This document shows positions 40,643-51,055 of a stretch of DNA of 64,000 nucleotides, piece after piece (position 1 is the first letter of the stretch; each line of letters begins with the position of its first letter). A model generated the notes under the pieces. That model was not told the origin of the DNA. It saw only the letters and a program-made list of their open reading frames with translations, and ran no database searches. The stretch is from an uncultured Methanosarcinaceae archaeon (GTDB lineage: Archaea; Halobacteriota; Methanosarcinia; Methanosarcinales; Methanosarcinaceae): NCBI GenBank assembly GCA_963721455.1, contig CAVRJG010000039.1:192001-256000 (forward strand), read 5' to 3'. Both the position numbers and the translations under genes were made by a program.

Positions 40643-42070
40643 ATGAGTAAATTGGAAAAACTTCTCAAGGAAAGAGGCCCTATAAAAAAAATTGGAGTAC
40701 TTGGAATGGGCTACGTAGGTATCCCTGCGGCTGTCCTTTTTGCAGATGCCCCTTGTTTTAATAAGGTTCTCGGCTTCCAGCGCAATTCGGAAAGTTCAAG
40801 TTACAAAATCGATATGCTCAACCGCGGAGAGAGCCCTCTCAAAGGAGAAGAGCCAGGCCTCGAAGACCTTATTGGCAAAGTTGTGAAAGCCGGCAAGTTC
40901 GAGTGCACTCCCGATTTCTCAAGGATATCAGAACTTGATGCAGTCACCCTTGCAATCCAAACTCCTTTTGCAAATCCCAAAGATCTGGAGCCTGATTTTT
41001 CCGCACTCATTGAAGGCATCAGGAATGTAGGGAAATACCTCAGGCCAGGCATGCTTGTAGTACTCGAGTCCACAATCACCCCTGGCACGACCGAAGGCAT
41101 GGCAAAACAAATTCTTGAAGAAGAGTCCGGCCTGAAAGCAGGAAAAGACTTTGCCCTTGCCCATGCCCCTGAAAGGGTAATGGTAGGCAGGCTTTTGAAA
41201 AACATCAGAGAACATGACAGGATAGTGGGCGGCATTAATGAGGCAAGTACCCGACGGGCTGTTGAGCTATACTCTCCTGTACTGACTGTCGGAAAAGTAA
41301 TTCCTATGAGTGCAACTGCAGCCGAGGTCACGAAAACTGCAGAAAATACTTTCCGCGACCTTCAGATTGCAGCAATCAACCAGCTTGCCCTTTATTGCGA
41401 AGCCATGGGAATAAACGTGTATGATGTAAGGACAGGCGTGGACAGTTTAAAAGGAGAAGGCATTACAAGAGCTATACTCTGGCCAGGGGCAGGGGTCGGA
41501 GGACACTGTCTTACCAAGGACACATACCACCTGGAAAGAGGGGTTAAGATCGGAAGCGGGCAGCTGGATTATCCGGAAGGTGCAGATTCGATCTACGTGC
41601 TTGCACGAAAAGTCAATGATTTCATGCCTGTACACATGTATAACCTGACTGTTGCAGCCCTTGAAAGAATTGGAAAGGAGATGAAAGGCTCAAAGGTTGC
41701 GATGCTCGGCTGGGCTTTCATCCGGGACTCGGACGATGCCAGGAACACGCCTTCGGAACCTTACAGGGACCTCTGCCTGAAAGCCGGTGCGACAGTTACG
41801 GTGCACGACCCTTATGTTTTGAAATATCCAGGGGTTGAGATTTCGGATGATCTTGAAAAGGTTGTCAGGGACGCGGATGTTGTGGTGGTTCTTGCAGGGC
41901 ACAGTGCGTACTTTAATGTAAGGGCCGACTGGGTAAAGGAAGTAACAGGTAAAGCAAATCCGGTTATTGTGGATGGAAGAAACGTAGTTGAACCGGATGA
42001 GTTTATTGGCAAGGGGTTTGTCTATAAGGGGATTGGGAGGGGAGATAAGAACAAACATGTAATAGTATGA
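40643..42070 (+). CDS. Nucleotide-sugar 6-dehydrogenase (WbpA/WecC-like)
   Basis: GMGYVG, ESTITPGTT, APER, KTAENTFRD, GVGGHCL, DARNTPS, DGRN. Confidence 0.92.
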   Translation: MSKLEKLLKERGPIKKIGVLGMGYVGIPAAVLFADAPCFNKVLGFQRNSESSSYKIDMLNRGESPLKGEEPGLEDLIGKVVKAGKFECTPDFSRISELDAVTLAIQTPFANPKDLEPDFSALIEGIRNVGKYLRPGMLVVLESTITPGTTEGMAKQILEEESGLKAGKDFALAHAPERVMVGRLLKNIREHDRIVGGINEASTRRAVELYSPVLTVGKVIPMSATAAEVTKTAENTFRDLQIAAINQLALYCEAMGINVYDVRTGVDSLKGEGITRAILWPGAGVGGHCLTKDTYHLERGVKIGSGQLDYPEGADSIYVLARKVNDFMPVHMYNLTVAALERIGKEMKGSKVAMLGWAFIRDSDDARNTPSEPYRDLCLKAGATVTVHDPYVLKYPGVEISDDLEKVVRDADVVVVLAGHSAYFNVRADWVKEVTGKANPVIVDGRNVVEPDEFIGKGFVYKGIGRGDKNKHVIV

Positions 42071-42131
42071 ATATAAACTCTCTTTTGAGAGATTAATTCA
42101 GTCTTTCAAATCTGGAAAACGGGCGAAAACC

Positions 42132-43178
42132 ATGATTGAGAAATTAAAACAAAACGAAGAACTTTGGGATCTTTTTACCAAAAAAGAAGAATACAATTTG
42201 ACCTTTTCTGACCAGTACGAAAGGTTTCCTTACTATTTAAGCAGTCAGAGGAATGTTTTTGATCCCAGAGTTTCCAGATTTCTGGTAGAAAACGGGTTAC
42301 GCCCTGAGTATCCGGACGGAAAGAAATTCGCTGTTTGCCTTACTCATGATATTGATGTGGTCTATCCGGAAAAACTGTACCCGATCATTGGAACTGCCAA
42401 AGCATTTGCTAAAGGGAATTTAACAGATGCTATGAAGACTCCTTTTTCCAGAATTAACAAGAAGTGGAATCCGTGCTGGAACTTTAGAGAAATTATGGAG
42501 ATGGAAGCAAAATATAATGCCAAATCCAGCTTTTATTTTTTGGCCTTGCGTCCTGGAGAAAAGGATTTCAATTACGAAATTGAGGATCTTGAAGGAGAAT
42601 TAAAGTTTATATCTGCCCATGGGTGGGAAGTCGGCCTGCATGGAGGACACGAATCCTACAAGAGCTTAGAGGACATAAAGGAAAAAAAGCAGAGACTTGA
42701 AAAGGTTCTCGGCAAAAAAATTATAGGTTACAGGAATCATTATTTAAGGTTTAAAGTCCCGGATACATGGGAATTATTAAGCAAAGCAAACTTTAAGTAT
42801 GATACAACATTCGGGTATGCAGACTGTGCAGGCTTTAGAAATGGGATGTGCCACCCTTTCAGGCCTTATAATATAAATACCGGAAAACAAATCGATATTC
42901 TCGAGCTTCCTCTTACTATTATGGATCGGACTTTACTAAGAGATTACATGCGGCTTGACGTTAAAAAAGCCTGGGAGCTCATAAAAAACCTTATTGATAA
43001 AGTTGAGCAGTACAATGGCGTGATTACAATTCTCTGGCACAATAATACATCTATCGAGGGAAAGAACCTTAAATATTACGAAAAATTCCTCGAATATGTT
43101 TACAGCAAAAAAGCGTGGATTACAAGTGGAGAGGAAATCTTTAACTGGTGGTCTAATAACGTCGAAAAGAGACAATGA
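42132..43178 (+). CDS. Polysaccharide deacetylase family protein
   Basis: LTHDID, EVGLHG, GYRNHYL, YDTT, PLTIMD, LWHN. Confidence 0.88.
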   Translation: MIEKLKQNEELWDLFTKKEEYNLTFSDQYERFPYYLSSQRNVFDPRVSRFLVENGLRPEYPDGKKFAVCLTHDIDVVYPEKLYPIIGTAKAFAKGNLTDAMKTPFSRINKKWNPCWNFREIMEMEAKYNAKSSFYFLALRPGEKDFNYEIEDLEGELKFISAHGWEVGLHGGHESYKSLEDIKEKKQRLEKVLGKKIIGYRNHYLRFKVPDTWELLSKANFKYDTTFGYADCAGFRNGMCHPFRPYNINTGKQIDILELPLTIMDRTLLRDYMRLDVKKAWELIKNLIDKVEQYNGVITILWHNNTSIEGKNLKYYEKFLEYVYSKKAWITSGEEIFNWWSNNVEKRQ

Positions 43179-43352
43179 AAATGTCCACACAATCTGAGAA
43201 TATCTGACAATTATCAGAACTATTTAAATAAATCAAGTATTCGTACATAGATGAAACTGCACCAATAAGGACAATAGCGCTAAGTAGCTGTTTAATAAAA
43301 TTCTTTTGGTTCTTCGCTGTTTTGTAGGGATTGAAAATAATTGCTTAGTTAG

Positions 43353-43604
43353 AACTGACTTTCCGCAGATGTCCGTTTAATTTTCACAATTTTTTCTGCT
43401 ATCGTTTTTCTGAAAATTGCCCTGCTTATTCAAACATGTTTTTTTGAAATGTCTTACACTTTTCAATCTTGTACCTTCATTGAAAGCTTCTAACTTATTT
43501 CGGGAAGCTTCAGTTGAGATAATAATTGCAATTTTAGAGCAAATATCCAAAAACGATAGCAAGAGAGAGGTTATTTTCTTGAGGACATCTGCGGAAGGTC
43601 GGTT
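43353..43604. mobile_element. MITE / internally deleted IS, 252 bp with 22-bp terminal inverted repeats
   Basis: Left AACTGACTTTCCGCAGATGTCC; reverse complement of right AACCGACCTTCCGCAGATGTCC (2 mismatches). Confidence 0.8.
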
Positions 43605-44152
43605 AGAAAGTAGCCAGGCTAAAAAGAGAAAACTCAAGCTTGAATGTGATTTCCAACAACAAATGTTTCGAAATTTTAGATATGCTACTTTAATATTTAG
43701 GAGATAAATGGAAGTTACCCACTTAAAACAGCGAAGAGCCATTCTTTTTTTTAATTGTGCAGGCTACTTAAAAGAAGTTAAGACGATTGACCTTGATTTC
43801 TGAAAATATTAATTTTTATGAAGTTAACAGTGAATAGCTGTATAATAACCTGTTCGTTACTGCAATGGCACCCGGCTCGACACCATAAAAAGAGCCCTCC
43901 AGTAGAGGGTCATTAAGAAAAACATCCTTATTTCAACTTAATTGTGCTGCAAAATGAGGGGAGCAGAGAAGTTTATTCAGAAAGGATTTATCTAGAAGGG
44001 ATTTTAGAAAGGAGATAAGATAAATACACACATACCAGCTGGGGAATAAACAACTATGAGGGGTCAATTTTCTTCAAATCGACGAAGTAGTGCATACTGT
44101 TGGAGGTCCCTGAAGCCGAACTCAATGCATAATGTAAGTTAAGGTACTGGCT

Positions 44153-45646
44153 ATGGATGACACAACAGCAGAAGCGACAGAAAACATATCTCAAAATAAC
44201 AAGAAGGAAAGCTTTGCATTTGATGTACTGACACTTGCAGGCGGGACAACCTTTGCTCAAATCCTTACAATTCTATCTGCTCCTGTGTTGACCCGCCTGT
44301 ATGGGCCTGAAGATTTCGGAGTGTGGGCTCTATACATTTCTATCACCAGCATTATCAGCGTTATTGCGTGTATGAGGTATGAATATTCCATAATGCTGCC
44401 CGAATCGGATGAAGATGCCGTAAATCTGTTAGGGCTGAGTTTTCTGGCAGTACTTTTCGTAAGCGGTTTAACCCTTCCAATAGTATGGTATTTTAAAGAA
44501 CCCATAGTTGAGATTCTGAATTCTCAGCAGATAGGAGACTATCTCTGGCTCGTGCCTCCATTTATTTTTGCAAATGGGTTATTTCTTGCGCTGAACAACT
44601 GGAATTCAAGAACAAAACTTTTCAAAAGGCTTTCCCTTTCAAGAGTCTTCAGTTCGGTCTCGGCTACTACAACACAGATAGGTTTCGGGCTTGCAGAAAA
44701 AGTCGGTGCAGGCGGATTAATAGCTGGAAGTCTTGCCGGGCAATCTATTGCAACATTTGTGCTTGGAGGGCAGATCTGGAGAGATGATAGGAAGCTGATT
44801 GTGAGAAGCCTGCACTGGAAGAAAATCTATGAGGGGTTTAAGAAGTACCGCAAGTTTTCGCTTATAGATACCTGGGCTGCCCTTATGAACTCAGTCTCCT
44901 GGCAGCTTCCTGCCTTTCTTCTTGCGGCTTTCTTCACGCCTGCAGTAGTAGGTTTTTACTCTCTTGGCTTTCGCCTTTTACAGCTTCCAATGAGTTTCAT
45001 TGGAGGTTCGATTTCACAGGTATTCTTTCAGAGGGCATCAAGAGCCTTATCCGAGGGCACCCTCCCTTCCCTTGTTGAAAACGTTTTCAGAATGCTTGTG
45101 ATCATAGGCATGTTTCCGATACTGATCCTGACAATTGTCGGCAGTGACGTCTTTACAGTCGTTTTCGGAAAAGCCTGGGCAGAAGCAGGCGTTTACGCCC
45201 AGATCCTGAGTCTCTGGGCTTTTATATGGTTTATCTCGTCCCCATTGACCACGATATACGTAGTAGTCGAAAAGCCCCACTTCGGCTTTCACTACAATTT
45301 TTTCAACCTGATTACACGTCTTCTTTCACTGATTATAGGCGGCCTGCTGGGAAGCGCACGTCTGGCACTGATCCTTTTCTCGATCTCAGGAATTCTGGTA
45401 TACGGTTACCTGTGCCTGAAGATGATGTCCTATTCCGGAGTAAAAGCTTCAACAGCCCTGAAAATAGTATTCTCCAATTTTATCCTCTTCGTCCCTGCAG
45501 GAATTGTGCTTGTTGCCTTCAAAACTGCAGAAATAAACCAGACTCTGCTTGTTATCTTTTCAGGCGTGATTATCGGCATTTATTACCTGTATATTTTAAA
45601 AACCGATGTACAACTAAAAAAGATAATGAGCGAATTCCGAGCCTGA
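44153..45646 (+). CDS. Wzx-like oligosaccharide flippase
   Basis: AQIL...PVLTRLYGPEDFG, RYEYSIMLP, SISQVFFQ; many TM helices. Confidence 0.9.
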   Translation: MDDTTAEATENISQNNKKESFAFDVLTLAGGTTFAQILTILSAPVLTRLYGPEDFGVWALYISITSIISVIACMRYEYSIMLPESDEDAVNLLGLSFLAVLFVSGLTLPIVWYFKEPIVEILNSQQIGDYLWLVPPFIFANGLFLALNNWNSRTKLFKRLSLSRVFSSVSATTTQIGFGLAEKVGAGGLIAGSLAGQSIATFVLGGQIWRDDRKLIVRSLHWKKIYEGFKKYRKFSLIDTWAALMNSVSWQLPAFLLAAFFTPAVVGFYSLGFRLLQLPMSFIGGSISQVFFQRASRALSEGTLPSLVENVFRMLVIIGMFPILILTIVGSDVFTVVFGKAWAEAGVYAQILSLWAFIWFISSPLTTIYVVVEKPHFGFHYNFFNLITRLLSLIIGGLLGSARLALILFSISGILVYGYLCLKMMSYSGVKASTALKIVFSNFILFVPAGIVLVAFKTAEINQTLLVIFSGVIIGIYYLYILKTDVQLKKIMSEFRA

Positions 45647-45818
45647 TGAGCTGGCTCAAAAATTCGTTCGTCAAAGAGCCCTTTCTTTCCAGCAATCGCC
45701 ATCAAGTTTTTTGCTGCAGGAATTATTCGGGTAAGATTTTTTTTCAAAGGGCTTTAATGTGGCTCTGGGCATAAAGGGGCCGTGAAACTAGTAAACTGAT
45801 GAATAGAGTTTTTACCAG

Positions 45819-45870
45819 TAGAGGTGTAGCTCGACGATGCGCGGTCTGTTTCGCTTCGCTCAAGCAGGCT
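45819..45870 (-). repeat. Dispersed REP/MITE-like element, copy 3 (inverted)
   Basis: Reverse complement AGCCTGCTTGAGCGAAGCGAAACAGACCGCGCATCGTCGAGCTACACCTCTA aligns with copy 1. Confidence 0.7.
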
Positions 45871-45917
45871 TCTGTAAATACATAGAAGATAAAAACCTGA
45901 AAAATCCCGGCCGTGTA

Positions 45918-46073
45918 TCATTCACCAGCTGATAAACAACCTTCTTGATGCCATGGACCTTTCCGAACCTTTGCCAAGCATTCAAGAGTGCAGTAAACCG
46001 CTTTTTCTTCTGCAGTTTTCAAAACAAAGAACTCATTACCACAAATAGGGCAAATTTTTCTCACATATTCCAT
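45918..46073 (-). CDS. Small zinc-finger protein (51 aa), absent from the ORF track
   Basis: MEYVRKICPICGNEFFVLKTAEEKAVYCTLECLAKVRKGPWHQEGCLSAGE; SD GGTGA upstream. Confidence 0.75.
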   Translation of the reverse strand: MEYVRKICPICGNEFFVLKTAEEKAVYCTLECLAKVRKGPWHQEGCLSAGE

Positions 46074-46265
46074 AGATAAATCACCATACATAGATTTTTA
46101 ACAAAGAAACTTGTGTTTATTTGACACACAATCACATTAAAATAAGTTAAGAAGTTTTAATATAGGACTGGCCAATAGATAAAAAATTTTTAGGACAGAA
46201 TCTCCCTGAATCTTTCTACACCATATTTTCTCAACAATCACGTCCATCCTAGATCAGAGATTTTG

Positions 46266-46385
46266 TCAGAGTACTTTCTCAGCCGTTTCAAGCCATTCCC
46301 TGTCAGCAACGACCTCTCTTACATCGTAAAGTGTCCTTACTTCAGGAGCGTGGATGGTTTCCCCAAAAATCAACACGTTTTGCAT
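46266..46385 (-). pseudogene. 5' fragment resembling a cupin-type glucose-6-phosphate isomerase, truncated at an IS-end-like sequence
   Basis: MQNVLIFGETIHAPEVRTLYDVREVVADREWLETAE then AGTACTCTGACAAAA; SD GAGGG. Confidence 0.55.
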
Positions 46386-46760
46386 CTTTTTTCCCTCATT
46401 ACAGGTTAAAAAGGTAAATTTTTAGCATAATTCCGAAAATTTTCGATTTGTAAGTGATTTGAGAATGTAATATTTCAGAGTGAAGTTATAAAATTTTTTG
46501 TGTAACTAATACAAAAACAGGATTATAATTAAGAAAGAGAGAATTAAAAAAAGCAAGATAGGGTGGTAATAAGAATAAACCAAATAGCTTAAATAATTTA
46601 AGGTGTAATTCAATAAAAATTAAGATAGTTAAAGGAATCTTTAGGGAAAAAAACAGTAAAAAAACAGAAATTTAACCATTTTCGTTACCTTACTTGCATC
46701 AGATACAAAATTCAATCAGAAAAATAGTCACCTGAACAGAAAATTTTCGGAGAAAAAGTC

Positions 46761-48527
46761 ATGTTTTCTCAAATTAGAGATCATTCGATTAGCCCAAAAG
46801 GCCCACAGAATGAAATGAGTACATTCATCGAGCTTACCACTCATACTAGAAACTACTCGGTTAGCCCAGAAGGAGAAGAATTTTCATTGCCTGAGCCTGA
46901 AGAATATGAAGAAGAGTTTAAAAGAATTGAAACTTTAGTAGGTAAAGCTCGCAAAGAGGGAAAAGAAATTGTTGTCGTCATGGGAGTTGGATTCGTCGGA
47001 GCTGTAATGGCTGCGATTATTGCAGATACAAAAGATAAAAATGGGAATTACAGCAAATTTGTAATTGGCTGCCAGAGACCAAGCACTCGAAGTTACTGGA
47101 AAATTCCCCTGCTCAACAGAGGACAATCTCCGGTAAAATCGGAAGATAAGGAAGTAGATGAGATAATAAAACGATGCGTCCTTAGAACAAAAACGCTGGC
47201 AGCTACCTATACAAATGAGTGCCTGAAATTAGCTGACGTTGTTGTTGTGGATATTCAGTGTGATTACATAAAGTGTGAACTCGGAAACGTCAGGGCAGGT
47301 GAAGCAGACATGGCTGCACTTGAAGCTTCCATGAAAACAATCGGAGAAAATATCTGTCCTGATTGTCTTGTCTTGATTGAGACAACAGTTGCTCCTGGAA
47401 CAACCGAATTCGTCGCACTTCCGCTCCTGAAAAAAGCATTCGAGAAACGTGGGATTAAATCAACTCCTCTTCTTGCACATAGTTTTGAACGTGTAATGCC
47501 TGGAAGAGACTATGTAGCAAGCGTACGTGATTTCTGGAGAGTCTGTGCTGGTTGTACTGACGAGGCAAGAGTAAAAGTTGAAGAGTTCCTTAAAGAAGTG
47601 ATAAACACTAAAGACTATCCCTTGACAGTAATGAATAGGCCGATAGAATCTGAAACCGCAAAAATTATTGAGAACTCATACCGTGCAACAATACTTGCGT
47701 TCCTTAATGAATGGAGCCTATTTTCCGAAAGAAACGGTGTGGATCTTATAAAAGTTATTGATGCTATTAAAATGCGCCCAACTCACAGTAACATTATCTT
47801 CCCTGGACCGGGAATCGGAGGTTACTGTCTTCCAAAAGACGGAGGTCTGGGTTACTGGGCTTATAAGCATATTCTGGGCTTTGAAGACGGAGATGAAGTA
47901 TTCAAGATTACTCCAACAGCAATCGATGTTAATGACACAAGAGCTCTCCACGTAGCCGAACTCACAAGGGATGCTCTTAGAAACATGGGCAGATATATCG
48001 CCGGCGCAGATGTACTTATCTGCGGGTCAAGTTACAGGCAGGACGTAGGAGATACCAGATACAGTGGAAGCGAAATTGTTGTAAGGAAACTTACGGAAAT
48101 GGGAGCCGAAATGAGAGTACATGACCCCTACGTAGACCACTGGTATGAAATGGAAAGCCAGGACGAATACCCTGTATCCGGCCAGTCCTGGAAGCGTTTT
48201 TTTAGAAACCAGGATGGATTGACGGAATTAAAAATTGAAAAAGATTTTGCAACCGTTATTAAAGATATAGAAGCCGTTATTTTTGCGGTCCCACATAATG
48301 AATATCTTAACATGGAACCCGAAACAATTGTAGAAATGGCTGGCGGCCCTATAGCTGTAATTGATTGTTTTGGAATGCTATCTGACGACAGGATCAGAAG
48401 ATACTTTGAACTTGGCTGCGAAGTCAAAGCTCTTGGTAGAGGCCACATTCAGAGGATTAAAAAAGAAGTGCAGGCAAAAAAGTTCCAGAAAGTGTCTGCA
48501 AAATTAACTTTTGAAGGGGCTATTTGA
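46761..48527 (+). CDS. Long-form nucleotide-sugar dehydrogenase (UDP-Glc/GDP-Man dehydrogenase family)
   Basis: GVGFVG, ETTVAPGTT, ERVMPG, KIIENSYR, GIGGYCLPKD, DTRYS; start may be ATG 46815. Confidence 0.9.
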   Translation: MFSQIRDHSISPKGPQNEMSTFIELTTHTRNYSVSPEGEEFSLPEPEEYEEEFKRIETLVGKARKEGKEIVVVMGVGFVGAVMAAIIADTKDKNGNYSKFVIGCQRPSTRSYWKIPLLNRGQSPVKSEDKEVDEIIKRCVLRTKTLAATYTNECLKLADVVVVDIQCDYIKCELGNVRAGEADMAALEASMKTIGENICPDCLVLIETTVAPGTTEFVALPLLKKAFEKRGIKSTPLLAHSFERVMPGRDYVASVRDFWRVCAGCTDEARVKVEEFLKEVINTKDYPLTVMNRPIESETAKIIENSYRATILAFLNEWSLFSERNGVDLIKVIDAIKMRPTHSNIIFPGPGIGGYCLPKDGGLGYWAYKHILGFEDGDEVFKITPTAIDVNDTRALHVAELTRDALRNMGRYIAGADVLICGSSYRQDVGDTRYSGSEIVVRKLTEMGAEMRVHDPYVDHWYEMESQDEYPVSGQSWKRFFRNQDGLTELKIEKDFATVIKDIEAVIFAVPHNEYLNMEPETIVEMAGGPIAVIDCFGMLSDDRIRRYFELGCEVKALGRGHIQRIKKEVQAKKFQKVSAKLTFEGAI

Positions 48528-48540
48528 AGAGGGATTTCTT

Positions 48541-49479
48541 TTGAAGAATAAACAAGTTATAGTTACTGGTGGGATGGGATTCATAGGCTCTCACCTTACT
48601 GAGAGATTACTTGAAAATAATGAAGTAACAGTAATTGATAATGAATCTACAGGTAAGATCGAAAATATCAAACATTTACTTAATCACGAGAACCTGACAG
48701 TAATAAAAGGCAGCATAGTAGACCTGAACCTGACAGAAATCTTCAAAGAAAAAGACTATATCTTCCACCTCGCAGCAATTCCCAGTGTTCCGAGAAGCGT
48801 GAAAGATCCTTTCAGTTCAAATAATTCCAATGTAACAGGGACATTAAATGTTCTAATAGCTGCGAAGGATGCAGGGATTAAGAAAGTTATATTTTCTTCC
48901 TCTTCATCAGTCTATGGCGACACTCCAACTCTTCCAAAAAGAGAAGACATGCCCATAAACCCGATGTCCCCATATGCTATTACGAAAGCAACCGGAGAGA
49001 TGTACTGCAGAGTCTTTCAAGATCTCTATGGACTTCCAACAGTCAGCTTAAGGTATTTTAACGTTTTTGGTCCTCGCCAGGACCCGAACTCGCAGTATGC
49101 GGCTGTAATTCCTAAATTCATAACTGCTATATTGAATGATCGAAGTCCTACTATATATGGAGATGGGGAACAGAGTAGAGATTTTACTTTTGTAAAACAT
49201 GTTGTTGATGCCAATGTTCTTTCATGTGAGTCCCAGACAAGTGGAATTTTCAATATTGCGTGCGGGAGAATGATAACCATTAATGAGTTGGTCGGTTACA
49301 TCAATGAAATACTCGGCAAGAATATAAAGCCTAAATATATTGATCCAAGGTTAGGAGATATCAAACATTCTCTGGCGGATATATCGAAAGCTCGGAATTT
49401 TGAATATATTCCTAAAGACAATTTCAATGAACAACTCGCAGAAGTAGTAAAATGGTTTGACATTGGAATAAATGAATGA
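48541..49479 (+). CDS. NAD-dependent epimerase (WbpP-like UDP-HexNAc(A) 4-epimerase)
   Basis: TGGMGFIGS, AAIPSVPRS, SSSSVYG, YAITK, RYFNVFGPRQDP..YAAVIP; TTG start. Confidence 0.9.
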   Translation: MKNKQVIVTGGMGFIGSHLTERLLENNEVTVIDNESTGKIENIKHLLNHENLTVIKGSIVDLNLTEIFKEKDYIFHLAAIPSVPRSVKDPFSSNNSNVTGTLNVLIAAKDAGIKKVIFSSSSSVYGDTPTLPKREDMPINPMSPYAITKATGEMYCRVFQDLYGLPTVSLRYFNVFGPRQDPNSQYAAVIPKFITAILNDRSPTIYGDGEQSRDFTFVKHVVDANVLSCESQTSGIFNIACGRMITINELVGYINEILGKNIKPKYIDPRLGDIKHSLADISKARNFEYIPKDNFNEQLAEVVKWFDIGINE

Positions 49480-49566
49480 TAGTAGTTGAATTGCTGGATA
49501 AATAAGGAACTCTGGAAAAGCTATTTGCTAAAAATATAAAATTTATAGAAAGGTAGTTTTGAGATT

Positions 49567-51048
49567 ATGCTATTAAAAAATTTTTTTATTCGTATAATGT
49601 CTATAAGCGAAGTTAAACGGCAGAGCATTGCCTCTTTTTCTAGCACAATGGCATGCACACTTTTTGGTTTCATAAGTACAATATATTTTGCACATACTAT
49701 TGGACCTAGTATATTAGGTACGTATTTTCTATTTATTGCATATTTTGGTATAACTGACATGATAAGCGATGGTGGTTTTGGCCGTGCTGCTATAAAACGT
49801 ATCAGTGAAGGAGAAGAGCAGGACGAATACTATTCTGCTTTCTTCGTTCTTCGAATAATATTAACAATTTTAATAGTTGTTTCATTAATCGTAATCAAAA
49901 CCTTTATCTCAGATTCCATAAATCGACAGCTTTTTTATTGGCTTATGTTAGCACAGTTTGCTGCATTGTCCTACTGCCTAGTATCCAAAGGGATTGCAGG
50001 GCGTGGTAAAATGGGAGTATACGCTGTAGGAGAATTTACAAATGATGTGTCACGCATAGTTATTCAGATTGTCGCAATATATTTGGGATACTTAATGGCT
50101 GGTCTTGTAGCAGGATTTATAGCAGGTTATGCAGTCTCAGCTATAATTCAGCTTAAATTCTTCGACTTACACTTTGCCAAGTTTAAATGGAGACATGTGA
50201 AGAGCCTGACTGTATTCTCTTTCTGGTTATTCTTAACTTCGACAGGAGTTGTTCTTTATTCATATGCAGATGTTATAATGATTGGATATTTTATTGACGA
50301 TTCAAGTGTTGGTATATATAAAGTGGCTTTTCAGCTAGCAACCTTTGCAGCACTTATAACTACAGTAATAAATAAAACACTTTGGCCAAAAGTTAGTAGC
50401 TGGGGCAAAAAAGGACAGATGGATTCTACGGAAGAATCACTTGCACGTGCTTTCACCTTTTCTCTTCTTCTAGCACTACCCATACTTGTAGGTGGAATAT
50501 TACTAGGCGAAAGAATCTTATATTTTTTCTATGGTAAAGAATTTACGTCCGGATACTTAACTCTTGTAATACTATTATGTGCCCAGGTAGTGAATATATT
50601 TCAACAACTCTTTACTATGTACCTTGGTGCACTGGATAAACAAAAAGATTCATTCAAGGTGACAGCAATTGGCTCAATTACTAACGTCATTCTCAATGTT
50701 TTTATGATACCACTTATTGGAATTGAAGGAGCAGCCATTGCTACTCTTGTTACTTTAGGAATTAATGCCTTTCTCGCAATGAAAATACTTTCCACAGTTA
50801 TAACTATCAATATTGAAAAAACGAGTTTAATCAACATTTTAAAGGCAACCACTATTATATCAATTGTTGTTTCAATTTACAAATATTACATCAATTTGGA
50901 TAATATATGGCTAACAATATTGCCCATTACATTTGGAGCTTTAATATATATATACCTCATATTAAAACTCGATTCAAAAATATATGATGAGTTTAAAGAT
51001 ATCGTTACAAAAATGAATTTACAATGGCCTCGTTTTTTAGAACCTTAG
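49567..51048 (+). CDS. Flippase (MOP superfamily)
   Basis: YADVIMIGYF...VGIYKVA, LNV..IP.IGIEGAAIAT; many TM helices; start may be ATG 49597. Confidence 0.9.
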   Translation: MLLKNFFIRIMSISEVKRQSIASFSSTMACTLFGFISTIYFAHTIGPSILGTYFLFIAYFGITDMISDGGFGRAAIKRISEGEEQDEYYSAFFVLRIILTILIVVSLIVIKTFISDSINRQLFYWLMLAQFAALSYCLVSKGIAGRGKMGVYAVGEFTNDVSRIVIQIVAIYLGYLMAGLVAGFIAGYAVSAIIQLKFFDLHFAKFKWRHVKSLTVFSFWLFLTSTGVVLYSYADVIMIGYFIDDSSVGIYKVAFQLATFAALITTVINKTLWPKVSSWGKKGQMDSTEESLARAFTFSLLLALPILVGGILLGERILYFFYGKEFTSGYLTLVILLCAQVVNIFQQLFTMYLGALDKQKDSFKVTAIGSITNVILNVFMIPLIGIEGAAIATLVTLGINAFLAMKILSTVITINIEKTSLINILKATTIISIVVSIYKYYINLDNIWLTILPITFGALIYIYLILKLDSKIYDEFKDIVTKMNLQWPRFLEP

Positions 51049-51055
51049 TTTGATA

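Noticed and set aside
43377-43742. Two overlapping short ORFs (121 and 96 aa)
   Set aside because: They straddle the MITE boundary and show no protein-like motifs
43840-44140. Possible pseudogene fragments before the flippase
   Set aside because: Short open stretches with no identifiable family
45226-45774. 182-aa alternative-frame ORF
   Set aside because: Overlaps the flippase on the same strand; no recognisable features
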